A program made the translations under genes and the position numbers. The notes beneath the pieces are model-generated. The model had not been told where the DNA came from, ran no database searches, and saw only the letters and a program-made list of their open reading frames with translations. 64,000 nt of DNA from the human T2T-CHM13v2.0 reference genome, Homo sapiens: the NCBI RefSeq assembly GCF_009914755.1, contig NC_060948.1; one strand, 5' to 3'. Of this stretch, positions 34,517-53,867 are shown piece by piece (within the stretch, counting starts at the first letter, position 1; every line of letters begins with the position of its first letter).

Positions 34517-36643
34517 AGATCCATATTTTTTAAATGAAAAAAAATTTCAAAGGTACTCTGCTTGGTACAATAATCAAATGTATAAACTGAGGAATAAAAC
34601 ATAACCATGAAACCTACTTATAACTGCATATGGAAAATACAGAGGATAATTTTTTAAATAACATATTTTGAAAGCCTTAACTAGTAATTTGAAGAGTTGG
34701 CATTTGAAAGGCCAGTATGAATATACCTTCAAAGCAGCAACACAGGTTCCCCATGAGAAAAAGCAAACACAGGGAAAATAAAAACACAAAGGTTCAATCT
34801 CTTCTGACCTTTGAAAGACACAGCACAGACAGTGGTCCTTAGGACGAAGAGCAGGAGACCCCTAATTCCGTCACCATGGCGATAGGGCATAAACATTGCT
34901 GGGTGAGGGCACAATCCACATTGTGAGGTCCAACTGCTGCCAGGAAGACAGGAGTGCTTTTACATAGACCGAAAGGTCATTGAAGGGTCAGAGTTTTGTT
35001 TCAAGAACTGAATCCCAAGCCCACACGTTATTAGGCTGCGCTTCTTAAAACAAGTTATGAGATGGGAAAAAGGGCACCCACAAACATACGTATACATTAT
35101 GTATATAATAATATACAGTGTCATATATATAATATATATAACCTATGTATAATATTGTTTTACATCCTGCATCTTATGTTATATATATTGTATAAAATAT
35201 AATAATTGATAATATATAACTTTTATAATTATACAATATGACATATAGTATATATTATAATTTATGACATATATAATATATGTTATATATCATATACAGA
35301 ATATATTATACGGTTAATATACGTATTAAATATAAATTATACATTATATATATTATATATAATATATCTGTTAAATATATTACCCATTATGCATAATATA
35401 TATATTATGTCTATGTTATATATAGTATAAAACAACATATAATAATATATAATTGTATATATAAATGCGACATATAATATATATTATATTTTATAACATA
35501 TGTAATATATATTATATATTATATATAATACGTTGTATGTATAATACCTATATTAAATATATAATATATGACTATGTTATTAATTACATGTCACATGTGT
35601 TATATATTATATATTTTACATAGAATATACCGGTTACATACAATATATACCATGTTACCTATAATGTATAATTTATTACATGTAAAATAAAGAATGCAAT
35701 ATATTATGTATAATTTATAATATACAATATGTGGAATGTGATATATATAACATATAATATATGATATATGATATACAGTATATGATATATAACATACAAT
35801 ATATGATTCCTAATATATATGGTATACAATATATATTTTATGATATGTATTCTATATGTTTTATATTCTGTTATATATAACTATTTGAAATTATATATAA
35901 CTGTATAATATTTTATGTAAATATGTAATATAATATATATAACTATATAATATATTATATATAACTATATATTATGTTATATATACTTTTATAACATAAT
36001 TTACATAAAATATCATAATATAATATATATTATATTATTTCATATTACATAATATATATTACATATCACCTAATATAACTAACATACATAATATTATAAT
36101 ATAGATTATACTATGTTATATTAAATATCATATATATCATGTATCATATATTCTATAATATATATTACACATTATATAATATGTATGTTGTCTATTATGT
36201 GATATATATAACTATATATATAATTATATTATTATACATATAACTAGATAAACATGTAATTCTACATATTTTCATTTATAATATATAGAATTATATAATC
36301 ATATATAATTATTTATATTCTATAAAAAATTATATCATTATATAAATTATAATATAAAAAAATTATAATATGTACTACAAATATACATATTATATATCAT
36401 ATATGATATAGTACCTTTGTTATATATCATAATACATATAAATGTGTATTATGTTATCTATAATTATATAATTTCATATATAAGATGTATAATATGTATT
36501 ATATATTTTCTATGTTATGTAATATATCTAGTATATGTAAGCTGACACAGGATAAATATTATATACTATGACATATAAAATATATGAGGTTATATGTTAC
36601 ATATAAGGCATAGCACATAACATGTAATATATATCATATATAA

Positions 36644-36935
<292 letters not shown>

Positions 36936-39062
36936 AGATCCATATTTTTTAAATGAAATAAAATTTCAAAGGTACTCTGCTTGGTACAATAATCAAATGT
37001 ATAAACTGAGGAATAAAACATAACCATGAAACCTACTTATAACTGCATATGGAAAATACAGAGGATAATTTTTTAAATACCATATTTTGAAAGCCTTAAC
37101 TAGTAATTTGAAGAGTTGGCATTTGAAAGGCCAGTATGAATATACCTTCAAAGCAGCAACACAGGTTCCCCATGAGAAAAAGCAAACTCAGGGAAAATAA
37201 AACCACACAGGTTCAATCTCTTCTGACCTTTGAAAGACACAGCACAGACAGTGGTCCTTAGGAAGAAGAGCAGGAGACCCCTAATTCCGTCACCATGGCG
37301 ATAGGGCATAAACATTGCTGGGTGAGGGCACAATCCACATTGAGAGGTCCAACTGCTGCCAGGAAGACAGGAGTGCTTTTACATAGACCGAAAAGTCATT
37401 GAAGGCTCAGAGTTTTGTTTCAAGAACTGAATCCCAAGCCCACACGTTATTAGGCTGCGCTTCTTAAAACAAGTTATGAGATGGGAAAAAGGGCACCCAC
37501 AAACATACGTATACATAATGTATATAATAATATACAGTATCATATATATAATATATATAACCTATGTATAATATTGTTTTACATCATGCATCTTATATTA
37601 TATATATTGTATAAAATATAATAATTCATAATATATAACGTTTATATTTATACAATATGACATGTAGTATATATTATAATTTATGACATATATAATATAT
37701 GTTATATATCATATATAGAATATATTATACGGTTAATATACGTATTAAATATAAATTATACATTATATATATTATATAAAATATATCTGTTATATATAAT
37801 ACCCTTTATGCATAATATATATATTATGTCTATGTTATATATAGTATAAAACAACATATAATAATATATAATTGTATATATAAAATGCGACATATAATAT
37901 ATATTATATTTTATGACATATGTAATATATATTATATATTATATATAATACGTTGTATGTTTAATACCTATATTAAATATATATTATATGACTATGTTAT
38001 TAATTACATGTCACATATGTTATATATTACATATTTTACATAGAATATACCGGTTACATGCAATATATACTATGTTACCTATAATGTATAATTGATTACA
38101 TGTAAAATAAAGAATGCAATATATTATGTATAATTTATAATATACAATATGTGGAATGTGATATATATAACATATAATATATGATATATGATATACAGTA
38201 TATGATATATAACATACAATATATGATACCTAATATATATGGTATACAATATATATTTTATGATATGTATTCTATATGTTTTATATTCTGTTATATATAA
38301 CTATTTGAAATTATATATAACTGTATAATATTTTATGCAAATATGTAATATAATATATATAACTATATAATATATTATATATAACTATATATTATGTTAT
38401 ATATACTTTTATAACATAATTTACATTAAATATCATAATATAATATATATTATATTATTTCACATTACATAATATATATTACATATCACCCAATATAAGT
38501 AACATACATAATATTATAATATAGATTATATTATGTTATATTAAATATCATATATATCATGTATTATATATTCTATAATATATATTACACATTATATAAT
38601 ATGTATGTTGTCTATTATGTGATATATATAACTATATATATAATTATATTATTATACATATAACTAGATAAACATGTAATTCTACATATTTTCATTTATA
38701 ATATATAGAATTATATAATCATATATAATTATTTATATTCTATAAAAAATTATATCATTATATAAATTATAATATAAAAAAATTATAATATGTACTACAA
38801 ATATATATATTATATATCATATATGATATAGTACCTTTGTTATATATCATAATACATATAAATGTGTATTATGTTATCTATAATTATATAATTTCATATA
38901 TAAGATGTATAATATGTATTATATATTGTATATGTTATGTAATATATATAGTATATATAAGCTGACACAGGATAAATATTATATACTATGACATATAAAA
39001 TATATGAGGTTATATGTTACATATAAGGCATAGCACATAACATGTAATATATATCATATATA

Positions 39063-39354
39063 TTTTTTTTTAGACAGAGTCTTGTCGTGTTGCACAGGGT
39101 GGGGTACAATGGCGCCATCTTTGCTCACTGCAACATCTGCCTCACGGGTCCAAGCGATTGTCCTCCCTCAGCCTCCCAGGTAGCTGGGACTACACCACAC
39201 TGGGACTACACCAGCTGCCACCATGCCTAGCTAATTTTTTGGATTTTTAGTAGTGACAGCGTTTCACTGTATTGGCCAGGATGGTCTTGATCTCTTCACC
39301 TTGTGATCCCCTTGACTTGGCCTCCAAATTTGCTGGGATTACAGGCCTGAGCCA
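39063..39354 (-). mobile_element. Alu copy 17 (partial type B)
   Basis: Has gagtcttgtcgtg and caacatct, but A-type ggggtac, gtccaagc and gggactac. Confidence 0.94.
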
Positions 39355-41445
39355 AGATCCATATTTTTTAAATGAAAAAAAATTTCAAAGGTACTCTGCT
39401 TGGTACAATAATCAAATGTATAAACTGAGGAATAAAACATAACCATGAAACCTACTTATAACTGCATATGGAAAATACAGAGGATAATTTTTTTAATAAC
39501 ATATTTTGAAAGCCTTAACTAGTAATTTGAAGAGTTGGCATTTGTAAGGCCAGTATGAATATACCTTCAAAGCAGCAACACAGGTTCCCCATGAGAAAAA
39601 GCAAACTCAGGGAAAATAAAACCACAAAGGTTCAATCTCTTCTGACCTTTGAAAGACACAGCACAGACAGTGGTCCTTAGGACGAAGAGCAGGAGACCCC
39701 TAATTCCGTCACCATGGCGATAGGGCATAAACATTGCTGGGTGAGGGCACAATCCACATTGTGAGGTCCAACTGCTGCCAGGAAGACAGGAGTGCTTTTA
39801 CATAGACCGAAAGGTCATTGAAGGCTCAGAGTTTTGTTTCAAGAACTGAATCCCAAGCCCACACGTTATTAGGCTGCGCTTCTTAAAACAAGTTATGAGA
39901 TGGGAAAAAGGGCACCCACAAACATACGTATACATTATGTATATAATAATATACAGTATCATATATAAAATATGTATAACCAATGTATAATATTGTTTTA
40001 CATCCTGCATCTTATATTATATATATTGTATAAAATATAATAATTGATAATATATAAGTTTTAAATTTATACAATATGACATATAGTATATATTATACTT
40101 TATGACATATATAATATATGTTATATATCATATATAGAATATATTATACGGTTAATATACGTATTAAATATAAATTATACATTATATATATTATATAAAA
40201 TATATCTGTTATATATAATACCTTTATGCATAATATATATATTATGTCTATGTTATATATAGTATAAAACAACATATAATAATATATAATTGTATATATA
40301 AAATGCGACATATAATATATATTAAATTTTATGACATATGTAATATATATTATATATTATATATAATACGTTGTATGTATAATACCTATATTAAATATAT
40401 ATTATATGACTATGTTATTAATTACATGTCACATATGTTATATATTACATATTTTACATAGAATATACCGGTTACATGCAATATATACTATGTTACCTAT
40501 AATGTATAATTGATTACATGTAAAATAAAGAATGCAATATATTATGTATAATTTATAATATACAATATGTGGAATGTGATATATATAACATATAATATAT
40601 GATATATGATATACAGTATATGATATATAACATACAATATATGATACCTAATATATATGGTATACAATATATATTTTATGTATTCTATATGTTTTATATT
40701 CTGTTATATATAACTATTTGAAATTATATATAACTGTATAATATTTTATGCAAATATGTAATATAATATATATAACTATATAATATATTATATATAACTA
40801 TATATTATGTTATATATACTTTTATAACATAATTTACATTAAATATCATAATATAATATATATTATATTATTTCACATTACATAATATATATTACATATC
40901 ACCCAATATAAGTAACATACATAATATTATAATATAGATTATATTATGTTATATTAAATATCATATATATCATGTATCATATATTCTATAATATATATTA
41001 CACATTATATAATATGTATGTTGTCTATTATGTGATATATATAACTATATATATAATTATATTATTATACATATAACTAGATAAACATGTAATTCTACAT
41101 ATTTTCATTTATAATATATAGAATTATATAATCATATATAATTATTTATATTCTATAAAAAATTATATCATTATATAAATTATAATATAAAAAATTATAA
41201 TATGTACTACAAATATATATATTATATATCATATATGATATAGTACCTTTGTTATATATCATAATACATATAAATGTGTATTATGTTTTCTATAATTATA
41301 TAATTTCATATATAAGATGTATAATATGTATTATATATTGTATATGTTATGTAATATATATAGTATATATAAGCTGACACAGGATAAATATTATATACTA
41401 TGACATATAAAATATATGAGGTTATATGTTACATATAAGGCATAG

Positions 41446-41766
<321 letters not shown>

Positions 41767-43892
41767 AGATCCATATTTTTTAAATGAAAAAAAATTTCAA
41801 AGGTACTCTGCTTGGTACAATAATCAAATGTATAAACTGAGGAATAAAACATAACCATGAAACCTACTTATAACTGCATATGGAAAATACAGAGGATAAT
41901 TTTTTAAATAACATATTTTGAAAGCCTTAACTAGTAATTTGAAGAGTTGGCATTTGTAAGGCCAGTATGAATATACCTTCAAAGCAGCAACACAGGTTCC
42001 CCACGAGAAAAAGCAAACTCAGGGAAAATAAAACCACAAAGGTTCAATCTCTTCTGACCTTTGAAAGACACAGCACAGACAGTGGTCCTTAGGACGAAGA
42101 GCAGGAGACCCCTAATTCCGTCACCATGGCGATAGGGCATAAACATTGCTGGGTGAGGGCACAATCCACATTGTGAGGTCCAACTGGTGCCAGGAAGACA
42201 GGAGTGCTTTTACATAGACCGAAAGGTCATTGAAGGGTCAGAGTTTTGTTTCAAGAACTGAATCCCAAGCCCACACGTTATTAGGCTGCGCTTCTTAAAA
42301 CAAGTTATGAGATGGGAAAAAGGGCACCCACAAACATACGTATACATTATGTATATAATAATATACAGTATCATATATAAAATATGTATAACCTATGTAT
42401 AATATTGTTTTACATCCTGCATCTTATATTATATATATTGTATAAAATATAATAATTGATAATATATAAGTTTTATATTTATACAATATGACATATAGTA
42501 TATATTATAATTTCTGACATATATAATATATGTTATATATCATATATAGAATATATTATACGGTTAATATACGTATTAAATATAAATTATACATTATATA
42601 TATTATACAAAATATATCTGTTATATATAATACCCATTATGCATAATATATATATTATGTCTATGTTATATATAGGATAAAACAACATATAGTAATATAT
42701 AATTGTATATATAAAATGCGACATATAATATATATTATATTTTATGACATATGTAATATATATTATATATTATATATAATACGTTGTATGTATAATACCT
42801 ATATTAAATATATATTATATGACTATGTTATTAATTACATGTCACATATATTATATATTATATATTTTACATAGAATATACCGGTTACATACAATATATA
42901 CTATGTTACCTATAATGTATAATTGATTACATGTAAAATAAAGAATGCAATATATTATGTATAATTTATAATATACAATATGTGGAATGTGATATATATA
43001 ACATAATATATGATATATGATATACAGTATATGATATATAACATACAATATATGATACCTAATATATATGGTATACAATATATATTTTATGATATGTATT
43101 CTATGTGTTTTATATTCTGTTATATATAACTATTTGAAATTATATATAACTGTATAATATTTTATGTAAATATGTAATATAATATATATAACTATATAAT
43201 ATATTATATATAACTATATATTATGTTATATATACTTTTATAACATAATTTACATAAAATGTCATAATATAATATATATTATATTATTTCACATTACATA
43301 ATATATATTACATATCACCCAATATAAGTAACATACATAATATTATAATATAGATTATATTATGTTATATTAAATATCATATATATCATGTATCATATAT
43401 TCTATAATATATATTACACATTATATAATATGTATGTTGTCTATTTTGTGATATATAAAACTATATATATAATTATATTATTATACATATAACTAGATAA
43501 ACATGTAATTATACATATTTTCATTTGTAATATATAGAATTATATAATCATATATAATTATTTATATTCTATAAAAAATTATATCATTATATAAATTATA
43601 ATATAAAAAAATTATAATATGTACTACAAATATATATATTATATATCATATATGATATAGTACCTTTGTTATATATCATAATACATATAAATGTGTATTA
43701 TGTTATCTATAATTATATAATTTCATATATAAGATGTATAATATGTATTATATATTGTCTATGTTATGTAATATATATAGTATATGTAAGCTGACACAGG
43801 ATAAATATTATATACTATGACATATAAAATATATGAGGTTATATGTTACATATAAGGCATAGCACATAACATGTAATATATATCATATATAA

Positions 43893-44184
<292 letters not shown>

Positions 44185-46309
44185 AGATCCATATTTTTTA
44201 AATGAAAAAAAATTTCACAGGTACTCTGCTTGGTACAATAATCAAATGTATAAACTGAGGAATAAAACATAACCATGAAACCTACTTATAACTGCATATG
44301 GAAAATACAGAGGATAATTTTTTAAATAACATATTTTGAAAGCCTTAACTAGTAATTTGAAGAGTTGGCATTTGAAAGGCCAGTATGAATATACCTTCAA
44401 AGCAGCAACACAGGTTCCCCATGAGAAAAAGCAAACTCAGGGAAAATAAAAACACAAAGGTTCAATCTCTTCTGACCTTTGAAAGACACAGCACAGACAG
44501 TGGTCCTTAGGACGAAGAGCAGGAGACCCCTAATTCCGTCACCATGGCGATAGGGCATAAACATTGCTGGGTGAGGGCACAATCCACATTGAGAGGTCCA
44601 ACTGCTGCCAGGAAGACAGGAGTGCTTTTACATAGACCGAAAGGTCATTGAAGGCTCAGAGTTTTGTTTCAAGAACTGAATCCCAAGCCCACACGTTATT
44701 AGGCTGCGCTTCTTAAAACAAGTTATGAGATGGGAAAAAGGGCACCCACAAACATACGTATACATTATGTATATAATAATATACAGTATCATATATATAA
44801 TATATATAACCTATGTATTATATTGTTTTACATCCTGCATCTTATATTATATATATTGTCTAAAATATAATAATTCATAATACATAACTTTTATATTTAT
44901 ACAATATGACATATAGTATATATTATAATTTATGACATATATAATATATGTTATATATCATATATAGAATATATTATACGGTTAATATACGTATTAAATA
45001 TGAATTATACATTATATATATTATATATAATATATCTGTTATATATAATACCCATTATGCATAATATATATATTATGTCTATGTTACATATAGTATAAAA
45101 CAACATATAATAATATATAATTGTATATATAAAATGCGACATATAATATATATTTTATTTTAAGACATATGTAATATATATTATATATTATATATAATAT
45201 GTTGTATGTATAATACCTATATTAAATATATATTATATGACTATGTTATTAATTACATGTCACATATGATATATATTATATATTTTACATAGAATATACC
45301 GGTTACATACAATTTATACTATGTTACCTATAATGTATAATTGATTACATGTAAAATAAAGAATGCAATATATTATGTATAATTTATAATATACAATATG
45401 TGGAATGTGATATATATAACATATAATATATGATATATGATATACAGTATATGATATATAACATACAATATATGATACCTAATATATATGGTATACAATA
45501 TATATTTTATGATATGTATTCTATATGTTTTATATTCTGTTATATATAACTATTTGAAATTATATATAACTGTATATTTTATGTAAATATGTAATATAAT
45601 ATATATAACTATATAATATATTATATATAACTATATATTATGTTATATATACTTTTATAACATAATTTACATAAAATGTCATAATATAATATATATTATA
45701 TTATTTCACATTACATAATATATATTACATATCACCCAATATAAGTAACATACATAATATTATAATATAGATTATATTATGTTATATTAAATATCATATA
45801 TATCATGTATCATATATTCTATAATATATATTACACATTATATAATATGTATGTTGTCTATTATGTGATATATATAACTATATATATAATTATATTTTTA
45901 TACATATAACTAGATAAACATGTAATTCTACATATTTTCATTTATAATATGTAGAATTATATAATCATATATAATTATTTATATTCTATAAAAAATTTTA
46001 TCATTATATAAATTATAATATATAAAAATTATAATATGTACTACAAATATATATATTATATATCATATATGATATAGTACCTTTGTTATATATCATAATA
46101 CATATAAATGTGTATTATGTTATCTATAATTATATAATTTCATATATAAGTTGTATAATATGTATCATATATTATATATGTTATGTAATATATATAGTAT
46201 ATATAAGATGACACAGGATAAATATTATATACTATGACATATAAAATATATGAGGTTATATGTTACATATAAGGCATAGCACATAACATGTAATATATAT
46301 CATATATAA

Positions 46310-46601
46310 TTATTTTTGAGACAGAATCTTGTCCTGTTGCACAGGGTGGGGTACAATGGCGCCATCTTTGCTCACTGCAACTTCTGCCTCACGGGTCCAA
46401 GCGATTGTCCTCCCTCAGCCTCCCAGGTAGCTGGGACTACACCACACTGGGACTACACCAGCTGCCACCATGCCTAGCTAATTTTTTGGATTTTTAGTAG
46501 TGACAGCGTTTCACTGTATTGGCCAGGATGGTCTTTATCTCTTCACCTTGTGATCCCCTTGCCTTGGCCTCCAAATTTGCTGGGATTACAGGCCTGAGCC
46601 A
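46310..46601 (-). mobile_element. Alu copy 20 (type A inside the B block; B box mutated)
   Basis: A-type gaatcttgtcctg and ggggtac; gtctttatc replaces gtcttgatc. Confidence 0.94.
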
Positions 46602-48729
46602 AGATCCATATTTTTTAAATGAAAAAAAATTTCAAAGGTACTCTGCTTGGTACAATAATCAAATGTATAAACTGAGGAATAAAACATAACCATGAAACCT
46701 ACTTATAACTGCATATGGAAAATACAGAGGATAATTTTTTAAATAACATATTTTGAAAGCCTTAACTAGTAATTTGAAGAGTTGGCATTTGTAAGGCCAT
46801 TATGAATATACCTTCAAAGCAGCAACACAGGTTCCCCATGAGAAAAAGCAAACTCAGGGAAAATAAAACCACAAAAGTTCAATCTCTTCTGACCTTTGAA
46901 AGACACAGCACAGACAGTGGTCCTTAGGACGAAGAGCAGGAGACCCCTAATTCCGTCACCATGGCGATAGGGCATAAACATTGCTGGGTGAGGGCACAAT
47001 CCACATTGTGAGGTCCAACTGCTGCCAGGAAGACAGGAGTGCTTTTACATAGACCGAAAGGTCATTGAAGGCTCAGAGTTTTGTTTCAAGAACTGAATCC
47101 CAAGAACACACGTTATTAGGCTGCGCTTCTTAAAACAAGTTATGAGATGGGAAAAAGGGCACCCACAAACATACGTATACATTATGTATATAATAATATA
47201 CAGTATCATATATAAAATATGTATAACCAATGTATAATATTGTTTTACATCCTGCATCTTATATTATATATATTGTCTAAAATATAATAATTGATAATAT
47301 ATAAGTTTTATATTTATACAATATGACATATAGTATATATTATAATTTATGACATATATAATATATGTTATATATCATATATAGAATATATTATACGGTT
47401 AATATACGTATTAAATATAAATTATACATTATATATATTATTTAAAATATATCTGTTATATATAATACCCATTATGCATAATATATATATTATGTCTATG
47501 TTATATATAGTATAAAACAACATATAGTAATATATAATTGTATATATAAAATGCGACATATAATATATATTATATTTTATGACATATGTAATATATATTA
47601 TATATTATATATAATACGTTGTATGTATAATACCTATATTAAATATATATTATATGACTATGTTATTAATTACATGTCACATATGTTATATATTATATAT
47701 TTTACATAGAATATACCGGTTACATACAATATATACTATGTTACCTATAATGTATAATTGATTACATGTAAAATAAAGAATGCAATATATTATGTATAAT
47801 TTATAATATACAATATGTGGAATGTGATATATATAACATATAATATATGATATATGATATACAGTATATGATATATAACATACAATATATGATACCTAAT
47901 ATAAATGGTATACAATATATAATTTAAGATATGTATTCTATATGTTTTATATTCTGTTATATATAACTATTTGAAATTATATATAACTGTATAATATTTT
48001 ATGTAAATATGTAATATAATATATATAACTATATAATATATTATATATAACTATATATTATGTTATATATACTTTTATAACATAATTTACATAAAATGTC
48101 ATAATATAATGTATATTATATTATTTCACATTACATAATATATATTACATATCACCCAATATAAGTAACATACATAATATTATAATATAGATTATATTAT
48201 GTTATATTAAATATCATATATATCATGTATCATATATTCTATAATATATATTACACATTATATAATATGTATGTTGTCTATTTTGTGATATATAAAACTA
48301 TATATATAATTATATTATTATACATATAACTAGATAAACATGTAATTCTACATATTTTCATTTATAATATGTAGAATTATATAATCATATATAATTATTT
48401 ATATTCTATAAAAAATTATATCATTATATAAATTATAATATAAAAAAATTATAATATGTACTACAAATATACATATTATATATCATATATGATATAGTAC
48501 CTTTGTTATATATCATAATACATATAAATGTGTATTATGTTATCTATAATTATATAATTTCATATATAAGATGTATAATATGTATTATATATTGTCTATG
48601 TTATGTAATATATCTAGTATATGTAAGCTGACACAGGATAAATATTATATACTATGACATATAAAATATATGAGGTTATATGTTACATATAAGGCATAGC
48701 ACATAACATGTAATATATATCATATATAA

Positions 48730-49021
<292 letters not shown>

Positions 49022-51132
49022 AGATCCATATTTTTTAAATGAAAAAAAATTTCAAAGGTACTCTGCTTGGTACAATAATCAAATGTATAAACTGAGGAAT
49101 AAAACATAACCATGAAACCTACTTATAACTGCATATGGAAAATACAGAGGATAATTTTTTAAATACCATATTTTGAAAGCCTTAACTAGTAATTTGAAGA
49201 GTTGGCATTTGAAAGGCCAGTATGAATATACCTTCAAAGCAGCAACACAGGTTCCCCATGAGAAAAAGCAAACTCAGGGAAAATAAAACCACAAAGGTTC
49301 AATCTCTTCTGACCTTTGAAAGACACAGCACAGACAGTGGTCCTTAGGAAGAAGAGCAGGAGACCCCTAATTCCGTCACCATGGCGATAGGGCATAAACA
49401 TTGCTGGGTGAGGGCACAATCCACATTGAGAGGTCCAACTGCTGCCAGGAAGACAGGAGTGCTTTTACATAGACCGAAAGGTCATTGAAGGCTCAGAGTT
49501 TTGTTTCAAGAACTGAATCCCAAGCCCACACGTTATTAGGCTGCGCTTCTTAAAACAAGTTATGAGATGGGAAAAAGGGCACCCACAAACATACGTATAC
49601 ATTATGTATATAATAATATACAGTATCATATATATAATATATATAACCTATGTATAATATTGTTTTACATCCTGCATCTTATGTTATATATATTGTATAA
49701 AATATAATAATTGATAATATATAAGTTTTATAATTATACAATATGACATATAGTATATATTATAATTTATGACATATATAATATATGTTATATGTCATAT
49801 ATAGAATATATTATAGGGTTAATATACGTATTAAATATAAATTATACATTATATATATTATATATAATATATCTGTTATATATAATACCCATTATGCATA
49901 ATATATATATTATGTCTATGTTATATATAGTATAAAACAACATATAATAATATATAATTGTATATATAAAATGCCACATATAATATATATTATATTTTAT
50001 AACATATGTAATATATATTATATATTATATATAATACGTTGTATGTATAATACCTATATTAAATATATATTATATGACTATGTTATTAATTACATGTCAC
50101 ATGTGTTATATATTATATATTTTACATAGAATATACCGGTTACATACAATATATACTATGTTACCTATAATGTATAATTTATTACATGTAAAATAAAGAA
50201 TGCAATATATTATGTATAATTTATAATATACAATATGTGGAATGTGATATATATAACATATAATATATGATATATGATATACAGTATATGATATATAACA
50301 TACAATATATGATTCCTAATATATATGGTATACAATATATATTTTATGATATGTATTCTATATGTTTTATATTCTGTTATATATAACTATTTGAAATTAT
50401 ATATAACTGTATAATATTTTATGTAAATATGTAATATAATATATATAACTATATAATATATTATATATAACTATATATTATGTTATATATACTTTTATAA
50501 CATAATTTACATAAAATATCATAATATAATATATATTATATTATTTCATATTACATAATATATATTACATATCACCCAATATAACTAACATACATAATAT
50601 TATAATATAGATTATATTGTGTTATATTAAATATCATATATATCATGTATCATATATTCTATAATATATATTACACATTATATAATATGTATGTTGTCTA
50701 TTATGTGATATATATAACTATATATAATTATATTTTTATACATATAACTAGATAAACATGTAATTCTACATATTTTCATTTATAATATGTAGAATTATAT
50801 AATCATATATAATTATTTATATTCTATAAAAAATTTTATCATTATATAAATTATAATATATAAAAATTATAATATGATAATATGTACTACAAATATATAT
50901 ATTATATATCATATATGATATAGTACCTTTGTTATATATCATAATACATATAAATGTGTATTATGTTATCTATAATTATATAATTTCATATATAAGATGT
51001 ATAATATGTATCATATATTATATATGTTATGTAATATATATAGTATATATAAGATGACACAGGATAAATATTATATACTATGACATATAAAAAATATGAC
51101 GTTATATGTTACATATAAGGCATAGCACATAA

Positions 51133-51447
<315 letters not shown>

Positions 51448-53575
51448 AGATCCATATTTTTTAAATGAAAAAAAATTTCAAAGGTACTCTGCTTGGTACA
51501 ATAATCAAATGTATAAACTGAGGAATAAAACATAACCATGAAACCTACTTATAACTGCATATGGAAAATACAGAGGATAATTTTTTAAATAACATATTTT
51601 GAAAGCCTTAACTAGTAATTTGAAGAGTTGGCATTTGAAAGGCCAGTATGAATATACCTTCAAAGCAGCAACACAGGTTCCCCATGAGAAAAAGCAAACA
51701 CAGGGAAAATAAAAACACAAAGGTTCAATCTCTTCTGACCTTTGAAAGACACAGCACAGACAGTGGTCCTTAGGACGAAGAGCAGGAGACCCCTAATTCC
51801 GTCACCATGGCGATAGGGCATAAACATTGCTCGGTGAGGGCACAATCCACATTGTGAGGTCCAACTGCTGCCAGGAAGACAGGAGTGCTTTTACATAGAC
51901 CGAAAGGTCATTGAAGGCTCAGAGTTTTGTTTCAAGAACTGAATCCCAAGCCCACACGTTATTAGGCTGCGCTTCTTAAAACAAGTTATGAGATGGGAAA
52001 AAGGGCACCCACAAACATACGTATACATTATGTATATAATAATATACAGTATCATATATATAATATATATAACCTATATATAATATTGTTTTACATCCTG
52101 CATCTTATGTTATATATATTGTATAAAATATAATAATTGATAATATATAAGTTTTATAATTATACAATATGACATATAGTATATATTATAATTTATGACA
52201 TATATAATATATGTTATATGTCATATATAGAATATATTATAGGGTTAATATACGTATTAAATATAAATTATACATTATATATATTATATATAATATATCT
52301 GTTATATATAATACCCATTATGCATAATATATATATTATGTCTATGTTATATATAGTATAAAACAACATATAATAATATATAATTGTATATATAAAATGC
52401 CACATATAATATATATTATATTTTATAACATATGTAATATATATTATATATTATATATAATACGTTGTATGTATAATACCTATATTAAATATATATTATA
52501 TGACTATGTTATTAATTACATGTCACATGTGTTATATATTATATATTTTACATAGAATATACCGGTTACATACAATATATACTATGTTACCTATAATGTA
52601 TAATTTATTACATGTAAAATAAAGAATGCAATATATTATGTATAATTTATAATATACAATATGTGGAATGTGATATATATAACATATAATATATGATATA
52701 TGATATACAGTATATGATATATAACATACAATATATGATTCCTAATATATATGGTATACAATATATATTTTATGATATGTATTCTATATGTTTTATATTC
52801 TGTTATATATAACTATTTGAAATTATATATAACTGTATAATATTTTATGTAAATATGTAATATAATATATATAACTATATAATATATTATATATAACTAT
52901 ATATTATGTTATATATACTTTTATAACATAATTTACATAAAATGTCATAATATAATATATATTATATTATTTCACATTACATAATATATATTACATATCA
53001 CCCAATATAAGTAACATACATAATATTATAATATATATTATATTATGTTATATTAAATATCATATATATCATGTATCATATATTCTATAATATATATTAC
53101 ACATTATATAATATGTATGTTGTCTATTTTCTGATATATAAAACTATATATATAATTATATTATTATACATATAACTAGATAAACATATAATTCTACATA
53201 TTTTCATTTGTAATATATAGAATTATATAATCATATATAATTATTTATATTCTATAAAAAATTATATCATTATATAAATTATAATATAAAAAAATTATAA
53301 TATGTACTACAAATATACATATTATATATCATATATGATATAGTACCTTTGTTATATATCATAATACATATAAATGTGTATTATGTTATCTATAATTATA
53401 TAATTTCATATATAAGATGTATAATATGTATTATATATTGTCTATGTTATGTAATATATATAGTATATGTAAGCTGACACAGGATAAATATTATATACTA
53501 TGACATATAAAATATATGAGGTTATATGTTACATATAAGGCATAGCACATAACATGTAATATATATCATATATAA

Positions 53576-53867
<292 letters not shown>

